Below, piece by piece: positions 9,980-20,443 of a DNA stretch of 64,000 nt. The DNA is taken from positions 15 to 64,014 of the forward strand of contig JBLICU010000005.1 in assembly GCA_047632435.1 (NCBI GenBank). The letters are read 5' to 3'. The translations under genes and the position numbers were made by a program. The notes beneath the pieces were generated by a model. It ran no database searches. It worked only from the letters and a program-made list of their open reading frames with translations, and was not told the DNA's origin. The stretch is from Cyclobacteriaceae bacterium. Lineage in GTDB: Bacteria; Bacteroidota; Bacteroidia; Cytophagales; Cyclobacteriaceae. Numbering within the stretch: the first letter of the stretch is position 1; every line of letters starts with the position of its first letter.

Positions 9980-10992
9980 TTCCAGATCCTAAAATTGCGT
10001 TGACCATCTTTTTCGCCTTTGTCGCTTTGGTAATTGTTATTATTAAAACCGGACTTTGGAAAAGAAATTTTCGAAGCGAGACAGAAGCCAGAAAAACTGA
10101 GGTTGAGGACATACTCAAGCAACTGTACCATGTAGAATATAGTGGCCGAAAGGCAAGCCTGAATGCCATGGCCGGCGCACTAAAATTGAGTGATCGTAAA
10201 TTGGTTGACCTGATAGAATATATGTCCACTTTGAATTTTATTCGAGTCAAGGACGACACTATTTACCTTACCCCGGCTGGTAAGGATTACGCATTAAAAA
10301 TTATAAGAATCCACAGGCTTTGGGAAAAATACTTGTCTGAAAAAACTGGTATTGATAAATCCGAATGGCACGATCGGGCTGAAAAAATGGAACATTCCCT
10401 TACACCAGAACAGGCTGAAGAGCTGTACCAGGAGTTGGGAAGTCCCAGATATGATCCACATGGTGATCCAATTCCACTAAAATCTGGAGAAATCATTGAC
10501 ACCATCGGAGTGCCTCTTTCCGGAGTAAAGTCAAATACCATTGCCAAGATTACACATATTGAGGACGAACCAGAAGTCATATACAAACAAATCATTGACA
10601 AAAAGCTGCACATCGGGCAACACATAAAACTCATAGATGGCAATGATAGCGTGGTGAAATTCCAATCTGAAGGAGAACTATATGAACTTTCGAGTATTGT
10701 GGCAAGTAACATTGGAGTGAAACCCTTGAGCGACGAAGAGGAGTATGAAGATCAAAAAGTAAGACTGAGCAGCTTAAATGAGGGAGAAAAAGGTAGAATA
10801 CTTGGTATATCCAGAGAATGCCGTGGTGCAAGTAGAAGGCGTTTACTTGATTTGGGATTTATTGATGGCACACTGATAGAAAATCAATTGAATGGCCCAA
10901 TGAAGGAACCCAGAGCCTATTTGATTAAAAATACGCTAATCGCCCTCAGAAATGATCAGGCAGATTTAATATTAATTGAAAAAATAGCATGA
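9976..10992 (+). CDS. DtxR-like protein with N-terminal TM helix and two FeoA domains
   Basis: Hydrophobic residues 7-23, IHRLWEKYL, HDRAEKMEH, DPHGDPIP, then C-terminal RRRLLDLG...LIALRNDQA (FeoA). Confidence 0.8.
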   Translation: MIPDPKIALTIFFAFVALVIVIIKTGLWKRNFRSETEARKTEVEDILKQLYHVEYSGRKASLNAMAGALKLSDRKLVDLIEYMSTLNFIRVKDDTIYLTPAGKDYALKIIRIHRLWEKYLSEKTGIDKSEWHDRAEKMEHSLTPEQAEELYQELGSPRYDPHGDPIPLKSGEIIDTIGVPLSGVKSNTIAKITHIEDEPEVIYKQIIDKKLHIGQHIKLIDGNDSVVKFQSEGELYELSSIVASNIGVKPLSDEEEYEDQKVRLSSLNEGEKGRILGISRECRGASRRRLLDLGFIDGTLIENQLNGPMKEPRAYLIKNTLIALRNDQADLILIEKIA

Positions 10993-11765
10993 TGGAAAAC
11001 AAGGAAACAATCAACGAAGGATGTGAGACATGCGCTTTTCACAATGTGGCCCAACTTAAAAAACTTGGTATAAATGTCGATAACGCCGATTATGTAATTG
11101 CATTGGCTGGAAACCCAAACACAGGCAAAAGCACTGTTTTTAATGCGTTAACAGGCCTAAGACAACATACAGGAAACTGGTCTGGCAAAACGGTGACCCG
11201 TGCAGAAGGCGGATTCCTTTATAGTGATAAACGTTACAAGCTAATTGATTTACCAGGTACCTATTCTTTGTTATCAACCTCAGAAGACGAAGAGGTTGCA
11301 AGAAATTTTATCCTGTTTGGAAGACCAGATGTGACAGTCATTGTTGTGGATGCGTCCAGATTGGAGCGTAATCTTAATCTCGTGCTTCAAGTATTGGAAA
11401 TCACCAACAAGGCGGTGCTGTGTTTGAATCTGATGGATGAAGCAAAGCGTCATGGCATTGCCATCGATGAGCGCACCCTAGCTAAGGATCTGGGTATTCC
11501 TGTGGTAGCTACCAGTGCCCGAACAAATGAAGGAATCCCCGAATTGATAAAAGTGATATCTCAAGTCGCTTCAAATGAAATAGCCTGCAAGCCTCATAAA
11601 ATCAAAAACCTAGCTCCAAAAGTGAATGAGGCTATTGAAGAATTAAGTGATAAAATATTGAGGCTTTATCCCAGCCTACCAAATAGCAGATGGGTTGCTA
11701 TGCGATTACTGGATGGCGATCAGGAAGTATTGAATGCGCTAAATGATGGAGAATTGACAGTTTAA
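10989..11765 (+). CDS. feoB: FeoB N-terminal GTPase domain (split FeoB)
   Basis: G1 [17 protein letters not shown]3 DLPGTYSL and G4 NLMD. N-terminal CETC motif. Confidence 0.9.
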   Translation: MMENKETINEGCETCAFHNVAQLKKLGINVDNADYVIALAGNPNTGKSTVFNALTGLRQHTGNWSGKTVTRAEGGFLYSDKRYKLIDLPGTYSLLSTSEDEEVARNFILFGRPDVTVIVVDASRLERNLNLVLQVLEITNKAVLCLNLMDEAKRHGIAIDERTLAKDLGIPVVATSARTNEGIPELIKVISQVASNEIACKPHKIKNLAPKVNEAIEELSDKILRLYPSLPNSRWVAMRLLDGDQEVLNALNDGELTV

Positions 11766-11770
11766 TTGAT

Positions 11771-13198
11771 ATGGTAGACAATAAAAAAAGTTTAGACGAG
11801 ATCACCGCTTTTACATCTTCACTCAGATGGAAAGTAGGTGACGATTTTCATGATAAGCTTACCGAGGCGATCTATTCAGATGCTTCGGCGATTACTTTGA
11901 GGGCAGAGATTAAAAATACAGAAAAAGAGACCTATCATTTTGATCGGATGCTTGATCGGATCCTGACAAGCAAAAAATTTGGATTCCCAATCATGGCATT
12001 GATATTATCAACCATTTTGTGGATCACCATACAAGGCGCAAATTATCCTTCCGGACTACTAAATGATCTTTTATTGGGAATCGTCTACCCATTTCTTAAG
12101 TCCATCGCAAGTAGCATTGGAATGGTATGGTGGCTAGATGGATTTATCATTGATGGCGTTTATATGGCGGTTGCTTGGGTGATTGCGGTGATGTTACCTC
12201 CCATGGCAATATTTTTTCCCTTGTTCACGCTGCTAGAAGATTTTGGGTATCTGCCACGCGTAGCTTTTAATCTCGATGGATTATTCAAAAGAGCTGGCGC
12301 TCATGGCAAACAGGCTTTAACCATGAGCATGGGCTGGGGATGCAATGCCGCCGGAGTGGTGGCAACTCGAATCATTGATAGCCCCCGGGAGCGATTGATT
12401 GCTATTATTACCAATAATTTTTCGCTTTGTAATGGTCGTTGGCCAACTCAGATTTTGATTGCTACCATTTTTATTGGGGCATTGGTTCCAGCTGGTTTAT
12501 CCAATCTAATCAGCACTGTGGCAGTGATATCAATTGCCTTTTTAGGAATATTTTTCACGTTTTTTACTTCATGGCTCCTATCCAAAACCATGCTTAAAGG
12601 TGAAGTATCAACCTTTACATTGGAGCTTCCACCCTATCGACCACCAAGATTTTGGCAGACGGTTTATACTTCACTTATTGATCGCACATTAATTGTGCTT
12701 TGGAGGGCTGTTGTATTTGCTGCTCCGGCTGGAGCTGTAATCTGGCTCATTTCAAACATAGACATTGGAAGTCTTTCTATAGCCTCACACACCATTGATT
12801 TTCTCGATGAGTTTGGTATTCTCATCGGATTGAATGGAGTTATATTATTGGCTTATATTGTAGCGATACCGGCAAACGAAATTGTGATTCCCACAGTATT
12901 GATGCTTACCGTTGCTCAATTTAATATTGCTGGATTTGGCTCAGGGGACGGTGTTATGTTTGAATTAGATTCTACTGCTGACACATCTGATATTTTAAAA
13001 GCCGGCGGCTGGACAATCCTAACCGGGATTAATTTGATGCTTTTCAGCTTACTACACAACCCATGCAGTACCACTATTTACACCATCTATCAAGAGACAA
13101 AAAGCTGGAAATGGACAAGCGTGGCAACTATTCTTCCTATCATTATGGGATTTGTGGTTTGTTTCCTCGTTGCGCAGTTTTGGCGATTATTAGCTTAA
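11771..13198 (+). CDS. feoB: FeoB membrane domain (split FeoB, Gate domains)
   Basis: [35 protein letters not shown] and HNPCSTT motifs. Confidence 0.9.
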   Translation: MVDNKKSLDEITAFTSSLRWKVGDDFHDKLTEAIYSDASAITLRAEIKNTEKETYHFDRMLDRILTSKKFGFPIMALILSTILWITIQGANYPSGLLNDLLLGIVYPFLKSIASSIGMVWWLDGFIIDGVYMAVAWVIAVMLPPMAIFFPLFTLLEDFGYLPRVAFNLDGLFKRAGAHGKQALTMSMGWGCNAAGVVATRIIDSPRERLIAIITNNFSLCNGRWPTQILIATIFIGALVPAGLSNLISTVAVISIAFLGIFFTFFTSWLLSKTMLKGEVSTFTLELPPYRPPRFWQTVYTSLIDRTLIVLWRAVVFAAPAGAVIWLISNIDIGSLSIASHTIDFLDEFGILIGLNGVILLAYIVAIPANEIVIPTVLMLTVAQFNIAGFGSGDGVMFELDSTADTSDILKAGGWTILTGINLMLFSLLHNPCSTTIYTIYQETKSWKWTSVATILPIIMGFVVCFLVAQFWRLLA

Positions 13199-13644
13199 CA
13201 TTTGATTACCTGAATTATCCTGTTTGCTGAAAAAAATGATCTGATACCGATCTTACATTTGTATACACAGTAGACCTGCTATCGTATGCACACTAGAATA
13301 TCCCCAACATCTTTGGATCGGCACCCAGGGTGCGCATGGGTTAAATTATAGATTATTGGACATGCTTAATCCAGCACAAACGATACTGGTACCTGACTCT
13401 GGGTTTGAGGATGTCTGGCGCAAGAAGTGCGCACGCAAGTTTCATATTATATCGATATCTGAGTTTGTGAAAGAGGGTGAAGATTTGGGGGATGTCAAAG
13501 GTGATTGATTAATTGATAGGATGCTCTTACAATAGATCATTGAAATTTAAAATTCTAATGGTACAGGAATAACTGTTTGTGTGCACACCAATAATTAATT
13601 CTTTAAGATCAGATATTAGGCATGATCTTCAAACCTCGTTTATC

Positions 13645-13673
13645 CTGCTTAATTGATTTAATCAATTAAGCAG
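13645..13673. terminator. Perfect 29-bp palindrome just downstream of the last PUL gene (terminator-like or protein-binding)
   Basis: CTGCTTAATTGATT-T-AATCAATTAAGCAG, 12 nt past the GH2 stop. No clear U-tract on the minus strand. Confidence 0.45.
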
Positions 13674-13685
13674 ATTTTGGATGAA

Positions 13686-15512
13686 TCAAGGCCTTACTTT
13701 TTCATTCTCAGCTGGTTTATTGGTTTCGGAATAAAACTTCTGAAGTATGTAAAAAGCTTCCTTTTTCTGACCTGTATCCGATATTAGTCCTTTTCGGTTA
13801 AAGTCATTTTGGATATGCCTCAGGTTTCTTCTAGGGGATAGGAAGTCTTTTAAGATCCAAGGCGATACACCAGCAAGAAAATCTACCTTTTTCATCATTT
13901 CTATATTACAGCGGTATACTTCACTTTGATACTCCTCGGTCCAGCGCTCGTTCACGTCACCATGCAGACCCTGCAATGCTCCTGCCCCAAGTTCACTAAA
14001 AATCACAGGCTTATCAGATGGATTAGCCCAGGTTATATCAACACATTCCTGAGGTTTTTTGGAGTACCATCCACAATATGTATTAATTCCAATCACATCT
14101 ATGTAATTACCCAATGGATCATCTATAACTATCTCATTGTCTTTGCCTCGTTGTGTGTTTAATGCAGCTGTGATCAAACGTGTCGGATCTATCTTTCTGG
14201 CAGTATCGATAAGCGATTTAAGAAACGCTAAACGCTCCGCAGTGATAGGTGTCTCATTGGCCACTGACCATAACCCAATTGCAACTCTGTTCTTATCCCG
14301 ATTGATCATATCTGTGAGTTGCTTCTCTGCATTTTTATAAGTTTCGGGATTATCATAGTCAATAGTCCAGTAAACGGGAATCTCAGACCAGATCAAAAAA
14401 CCCATTTCCTCAGCAAGTTTCACCATAAACTCACTGTGAGGATAGTGTGCCAATCTCACATAATTACAACCCAATTCTTTCGCCCATCCTAATAGTATTT
14501 TGGCTTGATCAACAGAGACCACCCGCCCTGCTCCAAATGGAGCTTCTTCATGGATGCTAATTCCCTTTAAGAAAAGGTACTCTCCATTTAGTAAAATCTT
14601 TGACCCATCGGTGCTTATGGTCTTGAATCCTATTTGGTCTTCAATAATATCCTCTCCGAATTGGATACTTATTTCATAACGAATAGGATCAGATGGTGAC
14701 CATTTCTGAAGCTTTGGTACCAAAAATGAAAACGAAGCTTTACCTTCATTATTCGTTTTTACAGAAATACTTTTTCCAAGTTTGGGAATGCTAACAGTGA
14801 CTTGCTGCTTCCCCCTCTTAGCCCCGTCTAACGATACCCAGCCAACAACTTTATTGGCATTTTCTTGATCAAGCGAGAATGAGTAATCATTGATAAAAGT
14901 TTCAGACAATTCAATCAAAGACACGGTCCGTGTGATCCCGCCATAATTCCACCAATCAAAATTCACAGTTGGCACTCCATCTCGCAAACGTTTGTTATCG
15001 ACTTTGAGGATCAAAAAATTTTCATCCTGCAGCTGATCTGTCACATCAAAACCAAAAGAAGTATACCCTCCTACATGGTCGCCCAAATAAGTACCATTGA
15101 GATAGACTTTGCATTGATAGTTTACACCTTCAAAATTGAGGGCAGTTCGCACTCCAGTCTTTCGTTTGTATGAAAAAGAACGCTTATACCATACAGTGCC
15201 TTCATAATAGTAGAGTTTTTCCATCTGAGTATTCCAATCTCCCGGCACTTCCAGCTGGTAACTCTGATCAAAATCATATTCAATCAGGTCATCTGGCTGA
15301 TTCATTTTCTCATTTTTGAAGTAGCCATTTTTCCGCTCCTCTAAGCTATGATTGTATAATCCGTTTTCAAGCGGATCAATGATGATTTGCCAAAGTCCGT
15401 TCAAACTGACCTTATTTCTAGCGTCAACATTCTGGAGTGAGTACTCTTTAGACTGAGAGTGGCAGATAAAAGCCACTAACAAGAAGGCTGCTACAAATAC
15501 AGAATTTCTCAT
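13686..15512 (-). CDS. GH2 beta-glucuronidase, secreted
   Basis: Signal peptide, RLAHYPH, acid/base WSVANET, nucleophile SELGAG and the NxKG (FNRKG) motif that distinguishes beta-glucuronidases from beta-galactosidases. Confidence 0.88.
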   Translation of the reverse strand: MRNSVFVAAFLLVAFICHSQSKEYSLQNVDARNKVSLNGLWQIIIDPLENGLYNHSLEERKNGYFKNEKMNQPDDLIEYDFDQSYQLEVPGDWNTQMEKLYYYEGTVWYKRSFSYKRKTGVRTALNFEGVNYQCKVYLNGTYLGDHVGGYTSFGFDVTDQLQDENFLILKVDNKRLRDGVPTVNFDWWNYGGITRTVSLIELSETFINDYSFSLDQENANKVVGWVSLDGAKRGKQQVTVSIPKLGKSISVKTNNEGKASFSFLVPKLQKWSPSDPIRYEISIQFGEDIIEDQIGFKTISTDGSKILLNGEYLFLKGISIHEEAPFGAGRVVSVDQAKILLGWAKELGCNYVRLAHYPHSEFMVKLAEEMGFLIWSEIPVYWTIDYDNPETYKNAEKQLTDMINRDKNRVAIGLWSVANETPITAERLAFLKSLIDTARKIDPTRLITAALNTQRGKDNEIVIDDPLGNYIDVIGINTYCGWYSKKPQECVDITWANPSDKPVIFSELGAGALQGLHGDVNERWTEEYQSEVYRCNIEMMKKVDFLAGVSPWILKDFLSPRRNLRHIQNDFNRKGLISDTGQKKEAFYILQKFYSETNKPAENEKVRP

Positions 15513-15514
15513 GT

Positions 15515-17410
15515 TTATCGTTTTATAAATTTTGCTGAGAACTGGGTATCATTGGCATCAATCCCTTCCATGAGATAAACACCGTCCCCCAAATTCGACA
15601 GATCAATGGCTTCATTATTTTCTAATCGTAATTGTTTCACCAAAATGCCTTCTAACGTCCAAATTTTGATCGATCGAATCTGTAGATCAGTTCTTAACCA
15701 CATTTGATTATTGGTCACTGGGTTTGGGTATAATAATGCACCGGCAGAAAAATCAGTATTTAATACCTCATCTGATTCAATTAATTCATTTGATGCCTGA
15801 TGGATACCTATGTCAATAGAAATATTGCCAGCTATTGAATTACCGAAAAAATCAAATTTGGGTATACTTTCAAGCCTCAACCCTGATGCTCTTGCGGGTG
15901 AACTCTGGAGGAGCTGATAGCTGTTTTCACCCATGCCGATAGCGTTCAATTGTGGATCTTCAGTTACGGCATTTGTATCTTGAGGGGTCTTATAAGTGGT
16001 TTTTCCGAAATAAAGATTATGACTAAAGACATTCCTCAAACTAGGACCTAAATCATATTCACAACTGGCTCCCTCCACATAGAATATATTGTTATGAAAG
16101 AATGTGTCCTCAGGCTTGGCGCCACTCCAGCTTTTTGAGTAAATAACATGGGTAAAGTCTTGACCTTCTGGTATATAAACCAAATTGTTGTGGAAATAGG
16201 TATTGGTAGCAGATCCTGAAAAACGAACGGAAAACTTTCCATCAGAGCCTTTCCTAGCCATGTGGCCATCTCCTTCGATTATGTTGTATCTTATGATGGT
16301 GCGATCATTAAATCGACCTGGACCTCCCGTCACCAACAAACCAAAATCATTGTCATGAAGGTAATTATATTGGATAGTCGTGTTTTTAGAGCGATAATCA
16401 CTATCCACACCCCCAGCATCTTCATCATCCAAATTGGCCTTTGTTCGTTCAAATTCATTGAATTGCCAAAGCGTGTTGTCAGTATTGAAGTTAAATGCCG
16501 CATTGCCTGATCCTTTAATAGAACAGTCTGAAAATAAACATTGCTCTATAACCGCACCATCAGACACCCGCACGATCAAAGCGTTTACACCCGTTCTTAC
16601 AAACGTACAATTCCTAATCACATAGCTTTTGTTTGGCTTCCAATTTGAGTTTGAATTGAACTCACGGTTATCATAGTAAGACCAGTTGGAGATGCCTGTA
16701 CGATCAACATCATGGATATGGCAGTTTTCAATCAATAGGTCTTCAAAGTGACTAGAGGTAATTCCCTGAAAGATTTCCATGAAAATACCGCCATTGTCTT
16801 TTGTCCTTATATCTCCATTTATTCCATGAATCTCCAGGTTTCGAAAGGTCAGACCCTTAATTGCACCAGCGCTTTTCCCTTCCACAAGAACGCCACTCTT
16901 TTTTGAATTGCTACCAGCATATTGATGTGGTTCAACCATATCAACATAATCTGTAATGTTGCGCTGCTCCCACTCAGATAAAGTAAGGTTTGCCTCCTCG
17001 GAAGCTTCATAATTGGTAATTTCTAAATCTTCTATTACCCAATATTGCTGATTGTAGAGAAAAATGGTGCAGTAATGGCTCTCGCCAGCTTCATTTGTAC
17101 AATTAGTAAGCCCAGCTCCATTAATCACCGGATTGGATCCATCCCCATATCTTCCGATCACAATGGGCTTACCCTCAGCCCCAGAACCCTGGGGCTGAAG
17201 GGTACCCACCCATAGCTGGTCAGCTCTCATTAATATACTATCACCAGGATAAAATATGGTCGTATTAATATTGGCTAGTAACCTCCAGGCTGTTTCAGTA
17301 GAAGTACCTTCACCTGTGTCACTCCCACTTACCTGATTAATGTAGTAGTTAGTGCCATAGACATTCTGTATTAACAGAATAAGAATACTTACCATCAAAC
17401 ATAATTTCAT
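15515..17410 (-). CDS. Right-handed beta-helix carbohydrate enzyme with T9SS CTD (paralogue 1)
   Basis: YYINQVSGSDTGEG...PGDSILMR...GSGAEGKPIVIGRYG, DAGGVDSD and CTD LYPNPV...LGDGVYLM. ATG at 17410 preferred. Confidence 0.85.
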   Translation of the reverse strand: MKLCLMVSILILLIQNVYGTNYYINQVSGSDTGEGTSTETAWRLLANINTTIFYPGDSILMRADQLWVGTLQPQGSGAEGKPIVIGRYGDGSNPVINGAGLTNCTNEAGESHYCTIFLYNQQYWVIEDLEITNYEASEEANLTLSEWEQRNITDYVDMVEPHQYAGSNSKKSGVLVEGKSAGAIKGLTFRNLEIHGINGDIRTKDNGGIFMEIFQGITSSHFEDLLIENCHIHDVDRTGISNWSYYDNREFNSNSNWKPNKSYVIRNCTFVRTGVNALIVRVSDGAVIEQCLFSDCSIKGSGNAAFNFNTDNTLWQFNEFERTKANLDDEDAGGVDSDYRSKNTTIQYNYLHDNDFGLLVTGGPGRFNDRTIIRYNIIEGDGHMARKGSDGKFSVRFSGSATNTYFHNNLVYIPEGQDFTHVIYSKSWSGAKPEDTFFHNNIFYVEGASCEYDLGPSLRNVFSHNLYFGKTTYKTPQDTNAVTEDPQLNAIGMGENSYQLLQSSPARASGLRLESIPKFDFFGNSIAGNISIDIGIHQASNELIESDEVLNTDFSAGALLYPNPVTNNQMWLRTDLQIRSIKIWTLEGILVKQLRLENNEAIDLSNLGDGVYLMEGIDANDTQFSAKFIKR

Positions 17411-17475
17411 CCTCCCCTCTTGCCAATTAGCCATATGAGTTTTAATTTTTATCTATTTATCCTTGTCTATTCTCT

Positions 17476-20394
17476 TTAATATTTGATGATTCTTTCAGTA
17501 TATCGGTGACCAAAAACGTCGGTAAACCGAATCATATAGATACCTCGCTCGATTCCGCTCAGGTCAATCCGATCGCCTACAAGCTCACTTTGAGTAAGCA
17601 CCTTCACTTCTCTACCTTTAAGATCATATATACTCACAGCGTTAATGGGTGATTCACTTTGAAAGTTGAGATCTGTAGATGTAGGATTAGGGTATGTTTT
17701 GAATGTAGAAATCACTTTTTTAACTTCCGGTCCGGAGATCGCCATCCTTGCTCCAGAATTCAAAGTAATTTCCAGATAAGGTCTAAAGCCTGTGTTGGTA
17801 TTTTCAGAACTATAAAGCTGCGCCAATGCCCCGCTTTCCGCATCGTCACTCAACTTAATAGAGATTACACCATCTATTCCCAACTGCGTGTTAACAGCAG
17901 AGCCTATATCCAGTGTGTACCAGCTATTACTTGTGCCAACGCTTAGATCTCCGAGTGAATACGAGACTCCAGGTGCTGAATTATACGTGACAGTGGACTC
18001 ACTCCAGCTATCGGTGGCAGCTTTATATACATCTATGTTCATACTATAATCAGCATTTCCATAAATATTAAAAACAGCTGAAGCAACGCTACTGACTCCA
18101 AGTGAATTCATGTCAAATTTCAAAAAAGCCTCCCTCCTAAAGTTGACATTGGTAGTCCCTTTCACAGCCAATGTCTGTTCAGAACCATAGTTTGTGCTCG
18201 CGTAAGTTCCTGCACGGACGTAAGCATCATCACCAGGTGAAACAGCCGTAATTGTCGTACCCGCAACCACCAGGTAGGCCTTATATTGACTTTGCGTATT
18301 TTCTTTGCTGTAGAGATCTATGGTTTTGACGAGTCCCGCATCGTCCATCAGTCCAATCGAAAAGGTGCCGTTCCCGGTCATTTCATCCTGCGCAGCACTT
18401 GTCACATCCAGCTGTATCCAGCCATCGGACGTACCTACCGATGCGGCTGATATTAGCGAAGTAAATGAAGGGGCATTGCTCCAGTTGACAGTGGATTCAG
18501 TCCAGGTATCAGAAGATGCTTTGTAAGCATTGATATTCATATTTAGCTCCGCATTTCCGTACACAAACAAATGCGCTGAAGTAATTGCGCTATAGCTTGT
18601 CAGGTCAAACTTCAGGAGTGTCCTCCGAGTGAAACTGGCATTGCTACTTTCCTTCACCGTTAATAATTGTTCACTCCCATAATTTGTGCTGCTGTATGAT
18701 CCGCCTCTGATATGTGCATCTTCATTTACGTAAAGCGTGTCGCCCCCAGTACTGGCTGTACTCACTTGGTGCACACCTCTGTCAACAGGAGCCAGTGTAG
18801 CAATCTCGTTTTGATAATAATCTTCATCCGGGATAGATGCTATCCGAATGCCACTACCCAATGCTGGAGAACCTGACCCTAATTCATAGCCACTATCCCC
18901 TCCACCAGGATTGGACAGCAATGGATCTAAAGTGAGACCATTATTGTCCGTTGGCACATTTGACGCTGTATTGCCATAGAAGGTATTGTAAGCAAACAGA
19001 TTATCCGTGCTACTGGTGAACTCATAGGTACTATTTGATCCCAGGTTATAAAAAATATTATTGTAATAGGACGTATTATCTGGATAGCTACCGCTCCAAC
19101 CTTTGTGAAAAACAATCTTGGTAGAATCCTGGGAGCTACTTAAATAGATCACATTGTTGTGAAAGGTTGTATTAGTGGCCGCCCCAGAAGATCTTAAAAC
19201 AAACCACTTATCGTCCCCGTACCTTTTTACTTGTCCATCACGCTCGAAAATATTATACCTGACTATGGTTCCATCATTAAAATCCCCAGGACCTCCTGTT
19301 ACAAGCATCCCAAAATCATTATCGTGAAGATAGTTGTATTGGATAATAGTCCCTTTGGTGCGATAGTCACTATCTACTCCACCTGCATCATGATCTCCTA
19401 CATTCGCTTTTGTATATTCAAATTCATTGTATTGCCAGATGGTATTATCCGTATTAAAATTAAACGCAGCATTTCCAGACTCTTTTATTGAACAATGGTC
19501 AAAATGACAATTTTCAATCACTGCATTATCAGCTACTCTAACTATCAAGGCATTTGCTCCAGTGCGCTCAAAACTAGTGTTTCGTATCACCAAATTAGTT
19601 GTTGGTGTCCAATCGGTGTTGGTTGACAAAGTCCTATTATCATAATCTGATTCATTGGAAATACCCGTGCGATCTACATCATGGATGTAGCAATCTTCAA
19701 TCAGAATGTCATCGAAGTACGTTGGGGTTTCGGAACCAAAATTGAATATGCGAAAGAAAATTCCGCCGTTGTGTTTTTGCGAAATCTGGCCATTTACACC
19801 ATGTACTTCCAAATTAATAAAATGCAATTGACTCAATTCCCCTACATCATTGGCCTGAACCAGTACACCACATTTCTTCGTATTCGTGCCCGTGTACTTA
19901 CCCGGATTCGTGACATTCGCATAATCCGTTTCATTGTCACTTTCCCACTCACTTAGCGTAATGCTTGACTCTTCACTTGAGTCATAATTGGTAATTTCAA
20001 GATCTCGGATAACCCAATATTCCTGATTGTAGAGAAGTATGGTGCAATACTTTGTCTGACCAGGCTCCACGGTACAATTCGAGGATCCATCCCCATTGAG
20101 TGCTGGTCTACTGCCACTGCCGTACATTCCTATTACAATAGGGTTACCTGATGAACCAGAACCTTGTGGTTTTATCGTTCCGGTCCATGATTGACCCGCT
20201 TTAAAAAGGATACTATCTCCCGGCTGAAAAGTAGTCGTGTTAATATTTGCAAGTGTTTCCCATGCTGCCATCTGCGAAGTTCCACTATTGCCATCATCTC
20301 CTGAGACAGAGTCAATGTAGTAGTTGGTCGCAAGACAAGGCCATGCTGCACTGAGCATTATAATGGCCAATAAGCGTTGAGCGTGTTTCATCAT
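17476..20394 (-). CDS. Right-handed beta-helix enzyme + two DNRLRE (CBM96-like) modules + T9SS CTD (paralogue 2)
   Basis: Same catalytic-domain motifs as paralogue 1. Two modules of form DA[HY][IV]R.G.Y...NYGSE...R...LKFD at ~18270-18745 and ~17760-18250. CTD TYPNPT...RGIYMI. Confidence 0.85.
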   Translation of the reverse strand: MMKHAQRLLAIIMLSAAWPCLATNYYIDSVSGDDGNSGTSQMAAWETLANINTTTFQPGDSILFKAGQSWTGTIKPQGSGSSGNPIVIGMYGSGSRPALNGDGSSNCTVEPGQTKYCTILLYNQEYWVIRDLEITNYDSSEESSITLSEWESDNETDYANVTNPGKYTGTNTKKCGVLVQANDVGELSQLHFINLEVHGVNGQISQKHNGGIFFRIFNFGSETPTYFDDILIEDCYIHDVDRTGISNESDYDNRTLSTNTDWTPTTNLVIRNTSFERTGANALIVRVADNAVIENCHFDHCSIKESGNAAFNFNTDNTIWQYNEFEYTKANVGDHDAGGVDSDYRTKGTIIQYNYLHDNDFGMLVTGGPGDFNDGTIVRYNIFERDGQVKRYGDDKWFVLRSSGAATNTTFHNNVIYLSSSQDSTKIVFHKGWSGSYPDNTSYYNNIFYNLGSNSTYEFTSSTDNLFAYNTFYGNTASNVPTDNNGLTLDPLLSNPGGGDSGYELGSGSPALGSGIRIASIPDEDYYQNEIATLAPVDRGVHQVSTASTGGDTLYVNEDAHIRGGSYSSTNYGSEQLLTVKESSNASFTRRTLLKFDLTSYSAITSAHLFVYGNAELNMNINAYKASSDTWTESTVNWSNAPSFTSLISAASVGTSDGWIQLDVTSAAQDEMTGNGTFSIGLMDDAGLVKTIDLYSKENTQSQYKAYLVVAGTTITAVSPGDDAYVRAGTYASTNYGSEQTLAVKGTTNVNFRREAFLKFDMNSLGVSSVASAVFNIYGNADYSMNIDVYKAATDSWSESTVTYNSAPGVSYSLGDLSVGTSNSWYTLDIGSAVNTQLGIDGVISIKLSDDAESGALAQLYSSENTNTGFRPYLEITLNSGARMAISGPEVKKVISTFKTYPNPTSTDLNFQSESPINAVSIYDLKGREVKVLTQSELVGDRIDLSGIERGIYMIRFTDVFGHRYTERIIKY

Positions 20395-20443
20395 TTTAGG
20401 GTTTTTGGGTTAGTTAAATTTTAACGCCGAATCTGATTCTCCC

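Noticed and set aside
13199-13685. att-site direct repeat of the tRNA-Arg 3' end at the far PUL boundary
   Set aside because: No match to GTGATCCGCTCGGG or its reverse complement was found by eye, and there is no integrase.
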